A stretch of 55,497 bases of DNA from a virus (lineage: Duplodnaviria; Caudoviricetes): IMG/VR virus record IMGVR_UViG_3300047564_004158, positions 1 through 55,497 of that record. The stretch is one strand, 5' to 3'. The notes below the pieces were generated by a model, which saw only the letters and a list, made by a program, of their open reading frames with translations, was not told where the DNA came from and did no database searches. Made by a program: the position numbers and the translations under genes. Below, piece by piece: positions 37,000-47,276 of the stretch. The number at the start of each line of letters is the position of its first letter. The first letter of the stretch is position 1.

Positions 37000-37641
37000 T
37001 TAACCTAACTCTTTGATGGCTTCAGCTTGACTTTCGTCTAAATCATCTTCTTCAGCACTAGCTGTGGTGATTTTTTCTAAGAGAGCTTTAACTTCATCTG
37101 CTGTAGGTCTTGGAAACTTGTCGTCAATGTTTTGTGCACTATCCGCAGCTGCTCGTTCTGCCTCTGTAAGGGCACGAGGCTTGCAACGTAATACTTGTAG
37201 TGTGTATTCGACATTAAATGCAAGTGGGCCAGTTTTTTGACGCTTAAATACTACATCCCAGCCTGTATCATAGTCGGTAGGATCACCTAAATCTTCTGCT
37301 GCTGTAAGAATTTGTTCAAACAATTTCTTCTTTAGATTAAGTGCTTTGACCTTACCATCCTTAGGGTCGATACAGTTAATAGAGTAGCTCCAGCTGCATT
37401 TTAGATCAGGATAGTAATCAGGTACATGATCCTTTTCTAGATTGTCGAACTTTTCTTTTTCACGGCTAAAGGCCAAGCACTCAATAGGAATGTCTTTATT
37501 GTTAGTGCCTTTAGTCCAGTAAATATAACGTGGCAAAACTCCGCCAACTAATCTAACAGTGTTTTCACCGTCTTTGTATTCGTAAGTTTCTACTTTATTT
37601 GTAGCTGCTTTACCTTTAGTTTGTTTAAAGCTAAGTGCCAT
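37000..37641 (-). CDS. ssDNA-binding protein (T5 D11-like)
   Basis: VRLVG..LPRY.YW, LKKKLFEQI, GPL.FNVEY motifs and acidic tail; T5 synteny. Confidence 0.8.
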   Translation of the reverse strand: MALSFKQTKGKAATNKVETYEYKDGENTVRLVGGVLPRYIYWTKGTNNKDIPIECLAFSREKEKFDNLEKDHVPDYYPDLKCSWSYSINCIDPKDGKVKALNLKKKLFEQILTAAEDLGDPTDYDTGWDVVFKRQKTGPLAFNVEYTLQVLRCKPRALTEAERAAADSAQNIDDKFPRPTADEVKALLEKITTASAEEDDLDESQAEAIKELG

Positions 37642-38004
37642 TTATTCCTCGTATTTGAAATATAATTTGTTGTTTGTAATTGTTAATAGCGGATTGTATT
37701 TTATTGCGTCGATTTTTAGGTCTGGATAGTAAGTTAAGTCTAAATAGGTGTAACCTAAATCTCTGTACTGCTGATAGCTTCTACGTGCCGCTAGCTGTAT
37801 ATACTGTGATTTAAATAGTATATCTGTGTTACGATCAAAGAAAAGTTGGCCAGGACTAGTTAGAAAACTACTTCCGCCGCCAAATCCAAGTTTAAACCCT
37901 TTGTAGTAATCTTCTAGTAATTCAACTAATTTTATTGCGTCGCCTTTAGCGGCATGCTCTAATTTACTAAGGTTGAAGCGGAAACTTTTTCTTTGATTCA
38001 TCAT
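37642..38004 (-). CDS. Conserved T5-like hypothetical protein between D10 and D11
   Basis: QYIQLAARRSY...NPLL.I...L.FKYE; synteny. The second Met (38001) is the more plausible start. Confidence 0.65.
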   Translation of the reverse strand: MMNQRKSFRFNLSKLEHAAKGDAIKLVELLEDYYKGFKLGFGGGSSFLTSPGQLFFDRNTDILFKSQYIQLAARRSYQQYRDLGYTYLDLTYYPDLKIDAIKYNPLLTITNNKLYFKYEE

Positions 38005-38006
38005 AT

Positions 38007-38035
38007 ATTATAACACAATGTGGTTGGCCAGGCAA
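38007..38035 (-). promoter_or_regulatory. sigma70 promoter
   Basis: TTGCCT-17 nt-TATAAT, TGn, upstream AAATTTT tract. Confidence 0.8.
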
Positions 38036-38045
38036 GTTAAAATTT

Positions 38046-39338
38046 CTATACCGATACTATTTCCCAGCCCTTCTTCATGTATAGTCCTAGCCTATCATTA
38101 TTTTGCTTTTTATCAGCCCAACCACTAAACTGAATATCTACTACAATAGGATCTAGTTTACCTGGATGTGGTCGCATTATTCTACCCACAATTTGTTCTA
38201 GTAAGCTATCATTACTCATTGGTACTGCTAGGATAACACAGCTAAGGATGTTGATTGAGATTCCTTCACTGAAGATTTGGCGGCTACCAGCAATGCACAT
38301 TTTTTGCTTGGTGAGGATTTGGTCTTTTGCATATTGCCGTTCCTCAAAGCTGGTGTCGCCAGTAACCAACAAACACGTTTCTCCAACATACTCTTTTACC
38401 TTTTCTAAGAATTCTACACGATCGGCTACTACTAGTACACTATGTCCGCGTTCAATATGATAACTGGCTAGTGCACTAATATATTTTCTGTAATATTCGC
38501 TTTGGGTTAGTTCATTGATTTTTTCTACCCAAGGCACATTGTGTTTTAGTGTAATATTACTTTTTACTAAGTGTACTACTGGATTTATAGTATTAGCTTG
38601 TTCTGGTTTAAATACTGTTGTACCAAAATAATCCTGAAAAATTACATGTTTACCATCTTTACGCTGCATAGTACCACTTAGTGCTAATCTATATCTAGCG
38701 TGAAAAGTATCTATAGTTTGACTAAATGTTGTGGCAGGACAGTGATGTGCTTCATCTAAGATGATAGTACCAAACTCTTTATTTATTTTATCTAAGTTTT
38801 TTACTATACTTTGTACATTGCCAACTACAATAAAATGGTCTTCTATGTCAAATGTTCCGCTGCCTATTAAACCTGGTGTTAAGCCAAACAGTGCCTCAAT
38901 TTCTTCACGCCATTGATCACGTAGTGCTGTAGTATGGGTTACTACAAGTGTTTTTTGTCCCCACTTGCGAGCAATATGTAGAGCAGTGAATGTTTTACCC
39001 CAGCCTACTAGTGCGTTAATAAAGCAAGTATCTGTAACTTGATCGTATATCTCTAACTGATCCGGTCTAAGATTATATTTTGCTGTAGGAAATGGTACAG
39101 GATTGGTTACTCGTTTATCTACTATAGTATAACCTTCAGGTATTAGATCTGTGCGACCTTGTGGCACACTAAGTATACCACCAGTAAAACTTTTATAGTT
39201 TTTAATAGTTTCTACACTAATAAATTTCTTTGATCCAGTATTCTTTTGAATCTTATAAGTTAGTGAATTCATTATAAACTTACTAGCAGCGCTACCTGGA
39301 TTATCCATGTAGATTCTATTACTAATAATAGCTTTCAC
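38046..39338 (-). CDS. SF2 helicase (T5 D10 / UvsW-like)
   Basis: GWGKT, DEAHH, SGT, SEGIS, QIVGRIMR motifs. Confidence 0.92.
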   Translation of the reverse strand: MKAIISNRIYMDNPGSAASKFIMNSLTYKIQKNTGSKKFISVETIKNYKSFTGGILSVPQGRTDLIPEGYTIVDKRVTNPVPFPTAKYNLRPDQLEIYDQVTDTCFINALVGWGKTFTALHIARKWGQKTLVVTHTTALRDQWREEIEALFGLTPGLIGSGTFDIEDHFIVVGNVQSIVKNLDKINKEFGTIILDEAHHCPATTFSQTIDTFHARYRLALSGTMQRKDGKHVIFQDYFGTTVFKPEQANTINPVVHLVKSNITLKHNVPWVEKINELTQSEYYRKYISALASYHIERGHSVLVVADRVEFLEKVKEYVGETCLLVTGDTSFEERQYAKDQILTKQKMCIAGSRQIFSEGISINILSCVILAVPMSNDSLLEQIVGRIMRPHPGKLDPIVVDIQFSGWADKKQNNDRLGLYMKKGWEIVSV

Positions 39339-39898
39339 ACTAGTCTCCAGGTTGGTTTAATTGGTTCACTATAATATCCATACAATAAATTGCTGCCACT
39401 ATAAGTTAGTATACCGGCATAAGGTTCAGTTTCTTTTGGTACTTGTAGACTTTTAAAGCGTTCAGCTAGACCTGTAATTTCTAACACACACCCTATACCC
39501 TGCGCAGGTAAAACTTGTTTAATCCTATATGTAGCCAGCTTGGCGCGCGTAGATTTTTTGTGCTGAAATAGCTGTCCACTGCTGTCAATAAACCAAGTAG
39601 TAGACTTGGCTAATTTTATAACATCTTGTAAAAAGTATATTGCTGTACCAATAGGAAATAATTCCTTGCCTATTTGTAATCTACGCAATCCAAGTGTAGG
39701 CTTATCAATATTTTTATCATCTACTACGCGATACCTATGTGTAAAGGTTACTGTATCAGCATCTATATATTGTTTACTATAAAACGTCAAGCCGCCTAGC
39801 TGCTGCGGCTCACGTTCGCCTAGTCTAAATACGGGCCAGACTATCTCCGTCAGCTTTATAGGTTTCCTCAAAGTGTCCAAAGCTATAATCATCTCCAA
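39335..39898 (-). CDS. Conserved T5-like hypothetical protein downstream of the polymerase
   Basis: WPVF, VDDKN...TLGLRRL, FIDSSG motifs; the true start is uncertain. Confidence 0.65.
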   Translation of the reverse strand: MEMIIALDTLRKPIKLTEIVWPVFRLGEREPQQLGGLTFYSKQYIDADTVTFTHRYRVVDDKNIDKPTLGLRRLQIGKELFPIGTAIYFLQDVIKLAKSTTWFIDSSGQLFQHKKSTRAKLATYRIKQVLPAQGIGCVLEITGLAERFKSLQVPKETEPYAGILTYSGSNLLYGYYSEPIKPTWRLV

Positions 39899-42104
39899 TA
39901 TCTTGATCTACGCCAATAGGAAAGCCGGCAATATTGCAGCCCCAATTGTATTGTGTGTTTTTACGTAATATTTCGCAATATTCCTCTACGTGCTCGGTCT
40001 TAACAATTGCCACGATTGAGTCATGGACAAGCATGAAGATTCTTGCGTCAAGCTCACACTCTCTAATTTCTCTAGCAGTTCCAATAGCTCCGAGTAAGTT
40101 AACGTCACTTGCCAGCGATTGGATTTCTGAATTAATACCACTTCGTACTTCGTGGGCTGCGATTCCTTTGTCACTGCTGAATACATTAGGAAGCCGTCTT
40201 TTTCGGCCAAAAAACGAGTAAGTATATCCATTTTGTTGAATAAAGTCCTTGCGCGTGTCTAACCACTGTTTTAGTTTCTTAAAAGTTGTAAAATACTGCT
40301 TAATATCATCACGAGCACGATCTACTGGATAATGCTGACCTGTTGCTTTAGTAACTGTTACACTGACTTTATCTGCCCCACTACCATACAAGATACCAAA
40401 GCTAATAGCTTTAGCACTTTGACGCATATCTGGATAAAGTTTCTTTACCTGATCAACTTCACAGGGCAAGTCAAACACCATTTTAGCAATACTGCTGTGA
40501 AAATCACCGCCATCTGTAAACACTTTCTGCAGGTTTTTATCTCCCGACAATACAGCAGCATAATACATTTCAGCAGTTCTTAAGTCTTGCGAAACGATTT
40601 TATAGCCCTCTGGAGCTTTGATACAACCTTTGATAATAGGATCATCACGCGGTATTTGTTGCGCGTTAAACTTTCCACTACTACTAAGACGACCACTAGT
40701 GGTAAAGATAAGATTAAAATTAGTACGAATCCTATCATCCCTATCAAGCTCAGGAAGTATTTTGTGTATATATGTGTTTTGGATTTTGGATAGCTTACGT
40801 ACTTGTAGGATCGCTTTAGGAAGCTCATGTTCTTCACTCAATTGTTCTAGGACTTCTGCATCTGTACTAATAGCGCCTGTACTGGTTTTCTTGCCTGTAG
40901 GTGTTAAACCAACATAGTCAAATAGTATACTACGCAGTTGCATAACACTATTTGGGTTAAATATCTTGCAGTTAGCTATCTCAAACTTCTTTACTTCGTC
41001 AAAAGTATAAATATGCTGTTTAGCTTCTTCAATTTTAGTAGATAGGTATTTGTCTGCAAGTTGCATACGCTCACGACTAATAGGTATTCCTACTTCTTCC
41101 ATGTCCATTAAGAATAATGTACCTGGGATTAGTATTTCTGTGTATACTTTGCGTAAGTTGTCGTTCTTTTGAACAATAGGCCAAAACTTGTTAAACAGTT
41201 CTAGCGTAACGGCTGTGTCTATACTAGCATATTCACTGATAATATCAAACGGAATTAAATCGTAGGTAAAGTTCTCGTTGAGCATACCGTGTTGACGGCA
41301 ATATTCTTTTTTAAATTCATCCAGTTTAGCATCATAGTCGCCATAATCTGTGTACTTTAGCGCTAGTTCTTTTAGGCCATGACTATCAGTTTCGTCTAGG
41401 ACATAATGCATAACCATTGTGTCATGTACCCGTGTACGGTCAAAATCTAAGTCTAGGTGATATTTAAGCATTTTATAGTCAAATTTCATATTATGAAAGA
41501 CTATAGTAAAACGGCTGCAAATTTCTTTTAGAAGTTCAAAGGTACTCTCACCAATACAATCACAACTAATATATCTGCCGTGATTTGGCTTGTAGCTTAT
41601 GCTTATTCCTAGCACATAACCGTCGCGTGGATATAAACCTGTAGTTTCTGTGTCTATAGCAACTACACCTTGTGCATTTTCTAAGACTTCTTGAAAAAAG
41701 GCATAAGCATCTTCTTCGCGGTCAATACCGCAAAAATCACCTTGCTTAACACCCTTAACTTCACCATTAATATGTTTATGTATTTTGTCTAGGGCACGCT
41801 CAAAATCAGGTTTTCCTTCTGGCTTAAATGCCAGCATTGCTGGATTGCTAATAGGTATAAACTTTTCGTTTACCAATTGACCAGCATAGTTAGTAACGCT
41901 AGTAATTTTGGCATATTCTTTGGCCGCTTCTGCGCCTACCAAGATCACTAAGTCATAGAGATCAGTATCTATATCAAGATCAACGTCTTTTTTCAGCAAT
42001 TTAGTAATTGGTTTTGAGCTCATGTGAAAATGCTCAAAATCAAACTGGAAATAATCTTTATATCTGGTTCTGTTAGGGGCTTTATCAATTACGGCAATTT
42101 TCAT
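39825..42104 (-). CDS. DNA polymerase, family A (T5-like), with 3'-5' exonuclease
   Basis: DTETTGL, HNMKFD, YASID, TSGRLSS, DL..AE, RQSAKAISFGILYG, VHDS motifs. Confidence 0.96.
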   Translation of the reverse strand: MKIAVIDKAPNRTRYKDYFQFDFEHFHMSSKPITKLLKKDVDLDIDTDLYDLVILVGAEAAKEYAKITSVTNYAGQLVNEKFIPISNPAMLAFKPEGKPDFERALDKIHKHINGEVKGVKQGDFCGIDREEDAYAFFQEVLENAQGVVAIDTETTGLYPRDGYVLGISISYKPNHGRYISCDCIGESTFELLKEICSRFTIVFHNMKFDYKMLKYHLDLDFDRTRVHDTMVMHYVLDETDSHGLKELALKYTDYGDYDAKLDEFKKEYCRQHGMLNENFTYDLIPFDIISEYASIDTAVTLELFNKFWPIVQKNDNLRKVYTEILIPGTLFLMDMEEVGIPISRERMQLADKYLSTKIEEAKQHIYTFDEVKKFEIANCKIFNPNSVMQLRSILFDYVGLTPTGKKTSTGAISTDAEVLEQLSEEHELPKAILQVRKLSKIQNTYIHKILPELDRDDRIRTNFNLIFTTSGRLSSSGKFNAQQIPRDDPIIKGCIKAPEGYKIVSQDLRTAEMYYAAVLSGDKNLQKVFTDGGDFHSSIAKMVFDLPCEVDQVKKLYPDMRQSAKAISFGILYGSGADKVSVTVTKATGQHYPVDRARDDIKQYFTTFKKLKQWLDTRKDFIQQNGYTYSFFGRKRRLPNVFSSDKGIAAHEVRSGINSEIQSLASDVNLLGAIGTAREIRECELDARIFMLVHDSIVAIVKTEHVEEYCEILRKNTQYNWGCNIAGFPIGVDQDIGDDYSFGHFEETYKADGDSLARI

Positions 42105-42949
42105 TGAATATACTCTTTTATGCTTGTTACGTCTAGTTGATCTAATTCACCAGGATCAACACCGTCTGGCAACTTTACAATTTCTACTATAAAATCATCT
42201 TCTTCTAGTGTTGGCTTAAGCTGTTTTGCTGCTTTTTCGCCTGCCTCATCGCCGTCAAATAAGATGTATATATTTGTAACACCTTGTGCCTTAAATGGTA
42301 ACAATTTTTGTTTTGCAGTATTTTGCAGTGTATTTGTACCAAAACAGCAGACCGCATTTTTAATTCCTTTATCATAAAGATTAAGCATATCAAACACGCC
42401 TTCTACTAGAACTATACTGCGACTAGGTGTTTCTAAATAACTGGGAAATAGTGGCAGTTGGACACCACTAGGGTAATTTATATATCTGGGATTTACGTTA
42501 CTAAGTGTATGTCTACCAACAAATACCTTAATCTTATTAGTAACATCTTGTATAGGAAATACAATACGATCTTGTAGTTTTTCTACTTGATTTGTATAAA
42601 AAGCGTTAAAGTGTTTTAGTGTACTAGCACTAATACCACGAAATGGTTTTGTCCAGGGTGTATGCCCTAGTGGAATTGCTATTTCTTGGCTTGCACTAAT
42701 TTCTTGTAATTTCTTCTTGAGATTAGCAATCCTAAGTGGCACAGGATTAGTAAAGACCCCAAAATATTTAAAGATGTTAGTTTTAAACCCACAACTAAAA
42801 CAATGGGCAGCGCCACTAACACGATCGATTCTAAAACTAGGATTATTATCTTCATGTTCTGGATTCAAGCATTTAATTAGGTAGTCTCGCCCGCTTACAG
42901 TATAAGCTAGGCCATTCTTTTGTAGTAGCTCTAGGATTGGATCACTCAT
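42101..42949 (-). CDS. DNA primase (Zn finger + TOPRIM)
   Basis: CLNPEH...CFSC, VEGVFD, FDGDEAG, DPG motifs. Confidence 0.93.
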   Translation of the reverse strand: MSDPILELLQKNGLAYTVSGRDYLIKCLNPEHEDNNPSFRIDRVSGAAHCFSCGFKTNIFKYFGVFTNPVPLRIANLKKKLQEISASQEIAIPLGHTPWTKPFRGISASTLKHFNAFYTNQVEKLQDRIVFPIQDVTNKIKVFVGRHTLSNVNPRYINYPSGVQLPLFPSYLETPSRSIVLVEGVFDMLNLYDKGIKNAVCCFGTNTLQNTAKQKLLPFKAQGVTNIYILFDGDEAGEKAAKQLKPTLEEDDFIVEIVKLPDGVDPGELDQLDVTSIKEYIQ

Positions 42950-44329
42950 TTATGCGTCCCAGGGTAGATCTGCGGCTGCGTCGTCTTGTTTTAAGTTTTT
43001 CTTTCCGGCTTTTTTAATTGTTTCTTTTTCTTGAGGTTTATCAATACTTTGTGGACTAATTCTAAGGGTTTCCCAGTCTATTGGGCTGGTAAATTTCATC
43101 TCTTTGCCGCCACGAATTTTAGTAGTTTCAAAACTAATAGCGTTGCTGCTTTTGTCATGTGCTTCCATTACTAGTGCAATATCTGCGGCATCTAATATAC
43201 CTTTGGCAAAACGTGCTTCACCAGTTGCATCAATCTGATAAGGGCTTACTAGTACAACTTCATACTTTCTGGCTAAGTTCTTTAGCTTTTTACTAACCTC
43301 AATTTGAGGTTTCCAGTCATACATGTCAGCACCCTCAATTACAATTTGATTTAAGTAGTCTACTACTACAACCTGTAACTTATCACCAAATTTAGCTTTA
43401 GCTTTACCAATATGTAGGTCGATACTGCTAATAGTTAGGTCTCTATCGTCAACAATAATCATTTGATTGTCTGGTTTTAATTGATGATTACGTACTAGTT
43501 GTTCTTCAAATTTAAATCGGTTACGGTGACGTAAAAAGTCTAGTACAGTTTGATCTGATTCTTGGAACATGCCTGCTCTAGCTTTTACCACTTTTAGTAC
43601 TTCATCGTCAGTTAATTTATTTTGTTTTAATCGCTGTAAGTCCACATTTGCTAATATGCTAAGGTTACGTTCCATAACCTCGTAAGCGGTCATCTCAATT
43701 GAGAAATATATAGAACTATTCCCATTCTCATACTGATTAATAAAAATATTACTACTAGTAATACTTTTGCCGCTGCCTCGTTTACCGCCGATGAGTATGA
43801 GTTCTTGTCTAGCCACACCGCCAAGTACAGCATCAAAAGTATTATTAAGTCCCAAGTAAACACGCTCTTTCTCCAAATCATCGGGATGCCTAAATAACAT
43901 CATATCAGCCATAGTAAATACTTTTTCACTGGTATGTGTCTTTTCTTCTATAGTCATAGCTATAGTTGACAAGTTTTCTTTTATTTCATTAGTGTCGTAT
44001 AGTGGCAGTTTATCTACAAATTTATCTAATAATTTTACAGTTTCGTTTTGTGTGTATTGATCTATTAAGGCATCTAATGCTATTTCTGCTGAAACGTCAG
44101 GAACCTCAGTTAAGCGGAGAGTCGCTAACGTCTTAGACGCTGGCCCCTCCCTTAGTGTTAATGCTAGATCATCAAAACTAGGTACCTGATGGTACTTTTC
44201 GTAATGTTTATTGATTGCACTGTAAAGAGAGGAATACGCAGGGTCTAAAAATACTAGTTTGAGCCGTGCCCATAATTCTAGGTTTTGCTCTGCTAGTAGT
44301 TTATTTAAGACTACTGCACTTGTATCCAA
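42950..44329 (-). CDS. Replicative DnaB-like helicase (T5 D6-like)
   Basis: GKRGSGKS, FSIEM, VVDYLN, PYQ motifs; TTG start. Confidence 0.9.
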   Translation of the reverse strand: MDTSAVVLNKLLAEQNLELWARLKLVFLDPAYSSLYSAINKHYEKYHQVPSFDDLALTLREGPASKTLATLRLTEVPDVSAEIALDALIDQYTQNETVKLLDKFVDKLPLYDTNEIKENLSTIAMTIEEKTHTSEKVFTMADMMLFRHPDDLEKERVYLGLNNTFDAVLGGVARQELILIGGKRGSGKSITSSNIFINQYENGNSSIYFSIEMTAYEVMERNLSILANVDLQRLKQNKLTDDEVLKVVKARAGMFQESDQTVLDFLRHRNRFKFEEQLVRNHQLKPDNQMIIVDDRDLTISSIDLHIGKAKAKFGDKLQVVVVDYLNQIVIEGADMYDWKPQIEVSKKLKNLARKYEVVLVSPYQIDATGEARFAKGILDAADIALVMEAHDKSSNAISFETTKIRGGKEMKFTSPIDWETLRISPQSIDKPQEKETIKKAGKKNLKQDDAAADLPWDA

Positions 44330-44331
44330 GT

Positions 44332-44631
44332 TTAACCTACTTTCGATTCATTGTCTATAATTACTTGATCTATAATTTCCGTTACTTTATATAGTACTTC
44401 TTCTCGTAGTCGTTTAATATCTTGTTGATAGCTTGCATCTCGTTCAAATAAGAGACTAAGCTGTTCATGTGTTACTAGTTGCTGTAGGCCAAAGTAAATA
44501 TGGTCATAGGCCATTGTTGACTCAGGCATTACCTCAACTTGTGCTGTACGTCCATAGTTATCAGTAGCTAATTTTACTACTTCTTCTACTGTAAAACTTT
44601 GATTGTCATGATAGGTAATTGTAACTTTCAT
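44332..44631 (-). CDS. Hypothetical protein
   Basis: 99-aa ORF in operon context. Confidence 0.6.
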   Translation of the reverse strand: MKVTITYHDNQSFTVEEVVKLATDNYGRTAQVEVMPESTMAYDHIYFGLQQLVTHEQLSLLFERDASYQQDIKRLREEVLYKVTEIIDQVIIDNESKVG

Positions 44632-44646
44632 ACTGAGCCTAAAAGT

Positions 44647-44680
44647 AAAAAGGCTGGGAGCTTTTTACGTCTCCCAGCCT
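44647..44680 (-). terminator. Rho-independent terminator after D5
   Basis: AGGCTGGGAG-10 nt-CTCCCAGCCT followed by TTTTACTTTT on the minus strand. Confidence 0.8.
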
Positions 44681-44696
44681 GGGTTTTGTTGCTTGT

Positions 44697-45446
44697 TTAA
44701 GCAGCTTTGGCTTCTGCCTTAGCACGCTTAGCAGCACCATCATAGTCTGCAACTTTAATACCACGACGGGTTAAAAGTGTCTTAAGACCACGCTCTGTTT
44801 TATCAACAGCAGCTGCAATTTCTGCAACAGTCATTTGATGAATCTTGCTACCTAGTTGGGTAACTGGATCAACATTCTCTTTTGCATAGCTGTTCTTTTG
44901 TGCAGGAATCTTAGCAATTTGACCCTTGCGAGTAAGGCTAAGAGCTTTACCACGAACACTTGCTACAGTCTTATTAAGTGCTGCGGCAATATCCTCAATA
45001 AAGGCACCTTTTTCAGCCATTGCAATAAACTTGGCTTCTTCGGCATCAGTATATGTACGGGCAACCTCAACTTTTTCAGCAGGCTTTACACTACCAGTAA
45101 GCTCAAGTGCTAAAAGCTTACCTTGAATCTGCTTGGCAGTAAACTTGCCATCCATGAATTCTTCGGCGATTTGTTTGTAGGTAAGTTCGCCAGTGTTGCT
45201 AATAACAAACTCAGCAAGCTCAGCTCCCTCATCTTCAGTAAAGGCACTAGTTTTTTCTTTGGCCATACTAGCAACTTCTACCTCAAGTTGACGTAGTTTG
45301 CTAGCAACGCTACGAGCAGTAAAATCTGCGCCAAGTGATTCAGCAGCATGTTCAACAGTAGCGGCACTAACAGGACGCTGGCTACCAACAAGTTTCATAA
45401 GTTGGTCAACAGTAGCGTCAGACCATTTTTTGGCTTTTTCAGTCAT
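44697..45446 (-). CDS. DNA-binding transcription regulator (T5 D5-like)
   Basis: Repeated HTH-like units, SVRGKALSL, RGLKTLLTRRG..ADYDG; synteny after the ligase. Confidence 0.85.
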   Translation of the reverse strand: MTEKAKKWSDATVDQLMKLVGSQRPVSAATVEHAAESLGADFTARSVASKLRQLEVEVASMAKEKTSAFTEDEGAELAEFVISNTGELTYKQIAEEFMDGKFTAKQIQGKLLALELTGSVKPAEKVEVARTYTDAEEAKFIAMAEKGAFIEDIAAALNKTVASVRGKALSLTRKGQIAKIPAQKNSYAKENVDPVTQLGSKIHQMTVAEIAAAVDKTERGLKTLLTRRGIKVADYDGAAKRAKAEAKAA

Positions 45447-46203
45447 TTATATGTTCTCTTAAAAAAGTATTTAAGTTTGTGATGATTTTTATGCCGAGTT
45501 GTTCGGCTTTTTTACGTTTTGTACTACTTTTATCTTCTTCGTCAACCAAATAATCCGTAGTTTTAGTTACAGTTTCGCTGATACGAAATCCGTGATCTGT
45601 TAGTTGCTTGTAGGCTTCGGCTTTAGTTTTATAAGAAGATAGTTTGCCTGTAATACATACTGTTTTACCACTAGTATTTACAACAGGCGTTTCACTGCGA
45701 AATGAAAAAGGTAAAAACTCTCGCATTTCTTGGAAATCTAGTTCAAGCCAGTTAAGTAGGTTTTCTGTTACTTTGTCACCTAGTCCGGCTTGTTTGCAGG
45801 TTTCTAAGCTAATTTCATCAATATGATTTACTATGCTAGCGATCTTACCACTAGCTGTTGAACCAACTAGTGGAATACTAAAACTGGCAAGTACTTGATT
45901 TAGTGGGGCACTGCGACTCTTGTCAATTTCACTGATAAGTTTTTCAGCAGTTTTAATACTGCCTAGTTGACTAGCAACTTCATCAAGCTCTAGATAATAG
46001 AGTTCAGTAATATCAGCTAAACCTAACTTTTCAATAGTTTTTGCACCCATACCCTTGATACCCATACTTTTGCAAAAGTGTTCTACACGCTTGCTAAGTT
46101 GAGCATCACATGCTTGGTTGCGACAAAACAATTGATCGTTGACCAATTCAAGTTTGTAGTTACAACATGGACAATGTGTGGGTATTTCAATCTTCATATT
46201 CAT
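45439..46203 (-). CDS. NAD-dependent DNA ligase subunit B (Zn finger, HhH, BRCT)
   Basis: CPCC...C...C, IKGMG, CITGKL, K.KKAEQLGI motifs. Confidence 0.9.
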   Translation of the reverse strand: MNMKIEIPTHCPCCNYKLELVNDQLFCRNQACDAQLSKRVEHFCKSMGIKGMGAKTIEKLGLADITELYYLELDEVASQLGSIKTAEKLISEIDKSRSAPLNQVLASFSIPLVGSTASGKIASIVNHIDEISLETCKQAGLGDKVTENLLNWLELDFQEMREFLPFSFRSETPVVNTSGKTVCITGKLSSYKTKAEAYKQLTDHGFRISETVTKTTDYLVDEEDKSSTKRKKAEQLGIKIITNLNTFLREHIND

Positions 46204-46221
46204 TTTTTAACTTAAGATATT

Positions 46222-46250
46222 ATTATACAGTATTGACTAAGTTGTTACAA
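46222..46250 (-). promoter_or_regulatory. sigma70 promoter
   Basis: TTGTAA-17 nt-TATAAT, upstream AAAAATTTT. Confidence 0.8.
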
Positions 46251-46282
46251 GCTAAAATTTTTGTTGCCTGGGCTAATAAAAT

Positions 46283-47239
46283 TTATGCATCAACTTTGTG
46301 CAGTATACAAGGAATAATTTCACCTGCACGTGCTACAGCTACTGTGTCGCCTATTCTAAGGTCAAGGGCTTCAATAAAACCTGGATTATTTAGTGTAGCT
46401 CTGCTGACCAGTGCATCTCCAATTTTAACTGGTTCTAAGATGGCCACTGGGGTAACTTTACCACTTTTGCCTACTTGCCACTCTACTGCTAGCAGTTTAG
46501 TTTCTACATGCTGTGCACGCTCTTTGCGAGCATAAGCACCACGCGGATGTTTGCTAGTATAACCCATCTGCTCAAATTGATGGTTATTGTTTAGTCTAAC
46601 AACAATACCATCACTGGGATAAATCTTGGCAAGTTCAGGTTCTAGTACAGTATTAAAGCCTAGTTGTTTAAGCACACGCATATCACCAGACCAAGTTGGA
46701 TCTAGGTTTGGTGTTATTTGATAGGCAAAGAATTCAATAGCTCTAGTTTTGAACTCCTGCAAATCTTTAAGATTTAAGCTGCCTGCTGCATAGTTGCGGC
46801 TATTTTCTACATGCAGTGGAGCTACAATCTCACCAGTGATTTGTACAGTTACATTACCAAGATTAATACGCAGTGGTACTAGACCACCGTGTTCATACAT
46901 CTTGTCTGTAATAACTTGACCCTCGATACCATCACCACGAGTAAGTGCCTGCACTAGTACACCGTCTACGTACAGCAGGCTAATAGCCGCACCATCTAAC
47001 TTAATACTAGTAGTAATGTCTAGGCCTGCTAGTGGATCACTTTTGCCTTCATCTTCATAGAACTTTTGCAAGCTGTACATAGGATACTTGTGCTTGGCTT
47101 TTTTGCCGTGTACTGCTGCACCAACTTTGTTATAGCCGCAACCCTCTGCTAGCATGTCAAACATGAAGTCTGGAATAGTGGGCGTACCTTGATAGTAGGC
47201 CTCACTTGCTTTGTCTAATAGTTTATGTAATTTATTCAT
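46283..47239 (-). CDS. NAD-dependent DNA ligase subunit A (adenylation + OB)
   Basis: YY.G...PD..FD, MYSL, KLDG, TRGDG..G, RNYAAGSL, DGIV, RATLNN motifs. Confidence 0.92.
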   Translation of the reverse strand: MNKLHKLLDKASEAYYQGTPTIPDFMFDMLAEGCGYNKVGAAVHGKKAKHKYPMYSLQKFYEDEGKSDPLAGLDITTSIKLDGAAISLLYVDGVLVQALTRGDGIEGQVITDKMYEHGGLVPLRINLGNVTVQITGEIVAPLHVENSRNYAAGSLNLKDLQEFKTRAIEFFAYQITPNLDPTWSGDMRVLKQLGFNTVLEPELAKIYPSDGIVVRLNNNHQFEQMGYTSKHPRGAYARKERAQHVETKLLAVEWQVGKSGKVTPVAILEPVKIGDALVSRATLNNPGFIEALDLRIGDTVAVARAGEIIPCILHKVDA

Positions 47240-47246
47240 AAATAAT

Positions 47247-47275
47247 ATTATAGCAGTTTAGGGTCTTTGATTCAA
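47247..47275 (-). promoter_or_regulatory. sigma70 promoter, probably giving a leaderless ligase A mRNA
   Basis: TTGAAT-17 nt-TATAAT; the ATG follows the -10 box after 7 nt. Confidence 0.82.
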
Positions 47276-47276
47276 G

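Noticed and set aside
29633-44329. Introns or inteins in nrdJ, polymerase or helicases
   Set aside because: The ORFs are continuous and of ordinary length with no intein splice motifs; the LAGLIDADG gene is intergenic.
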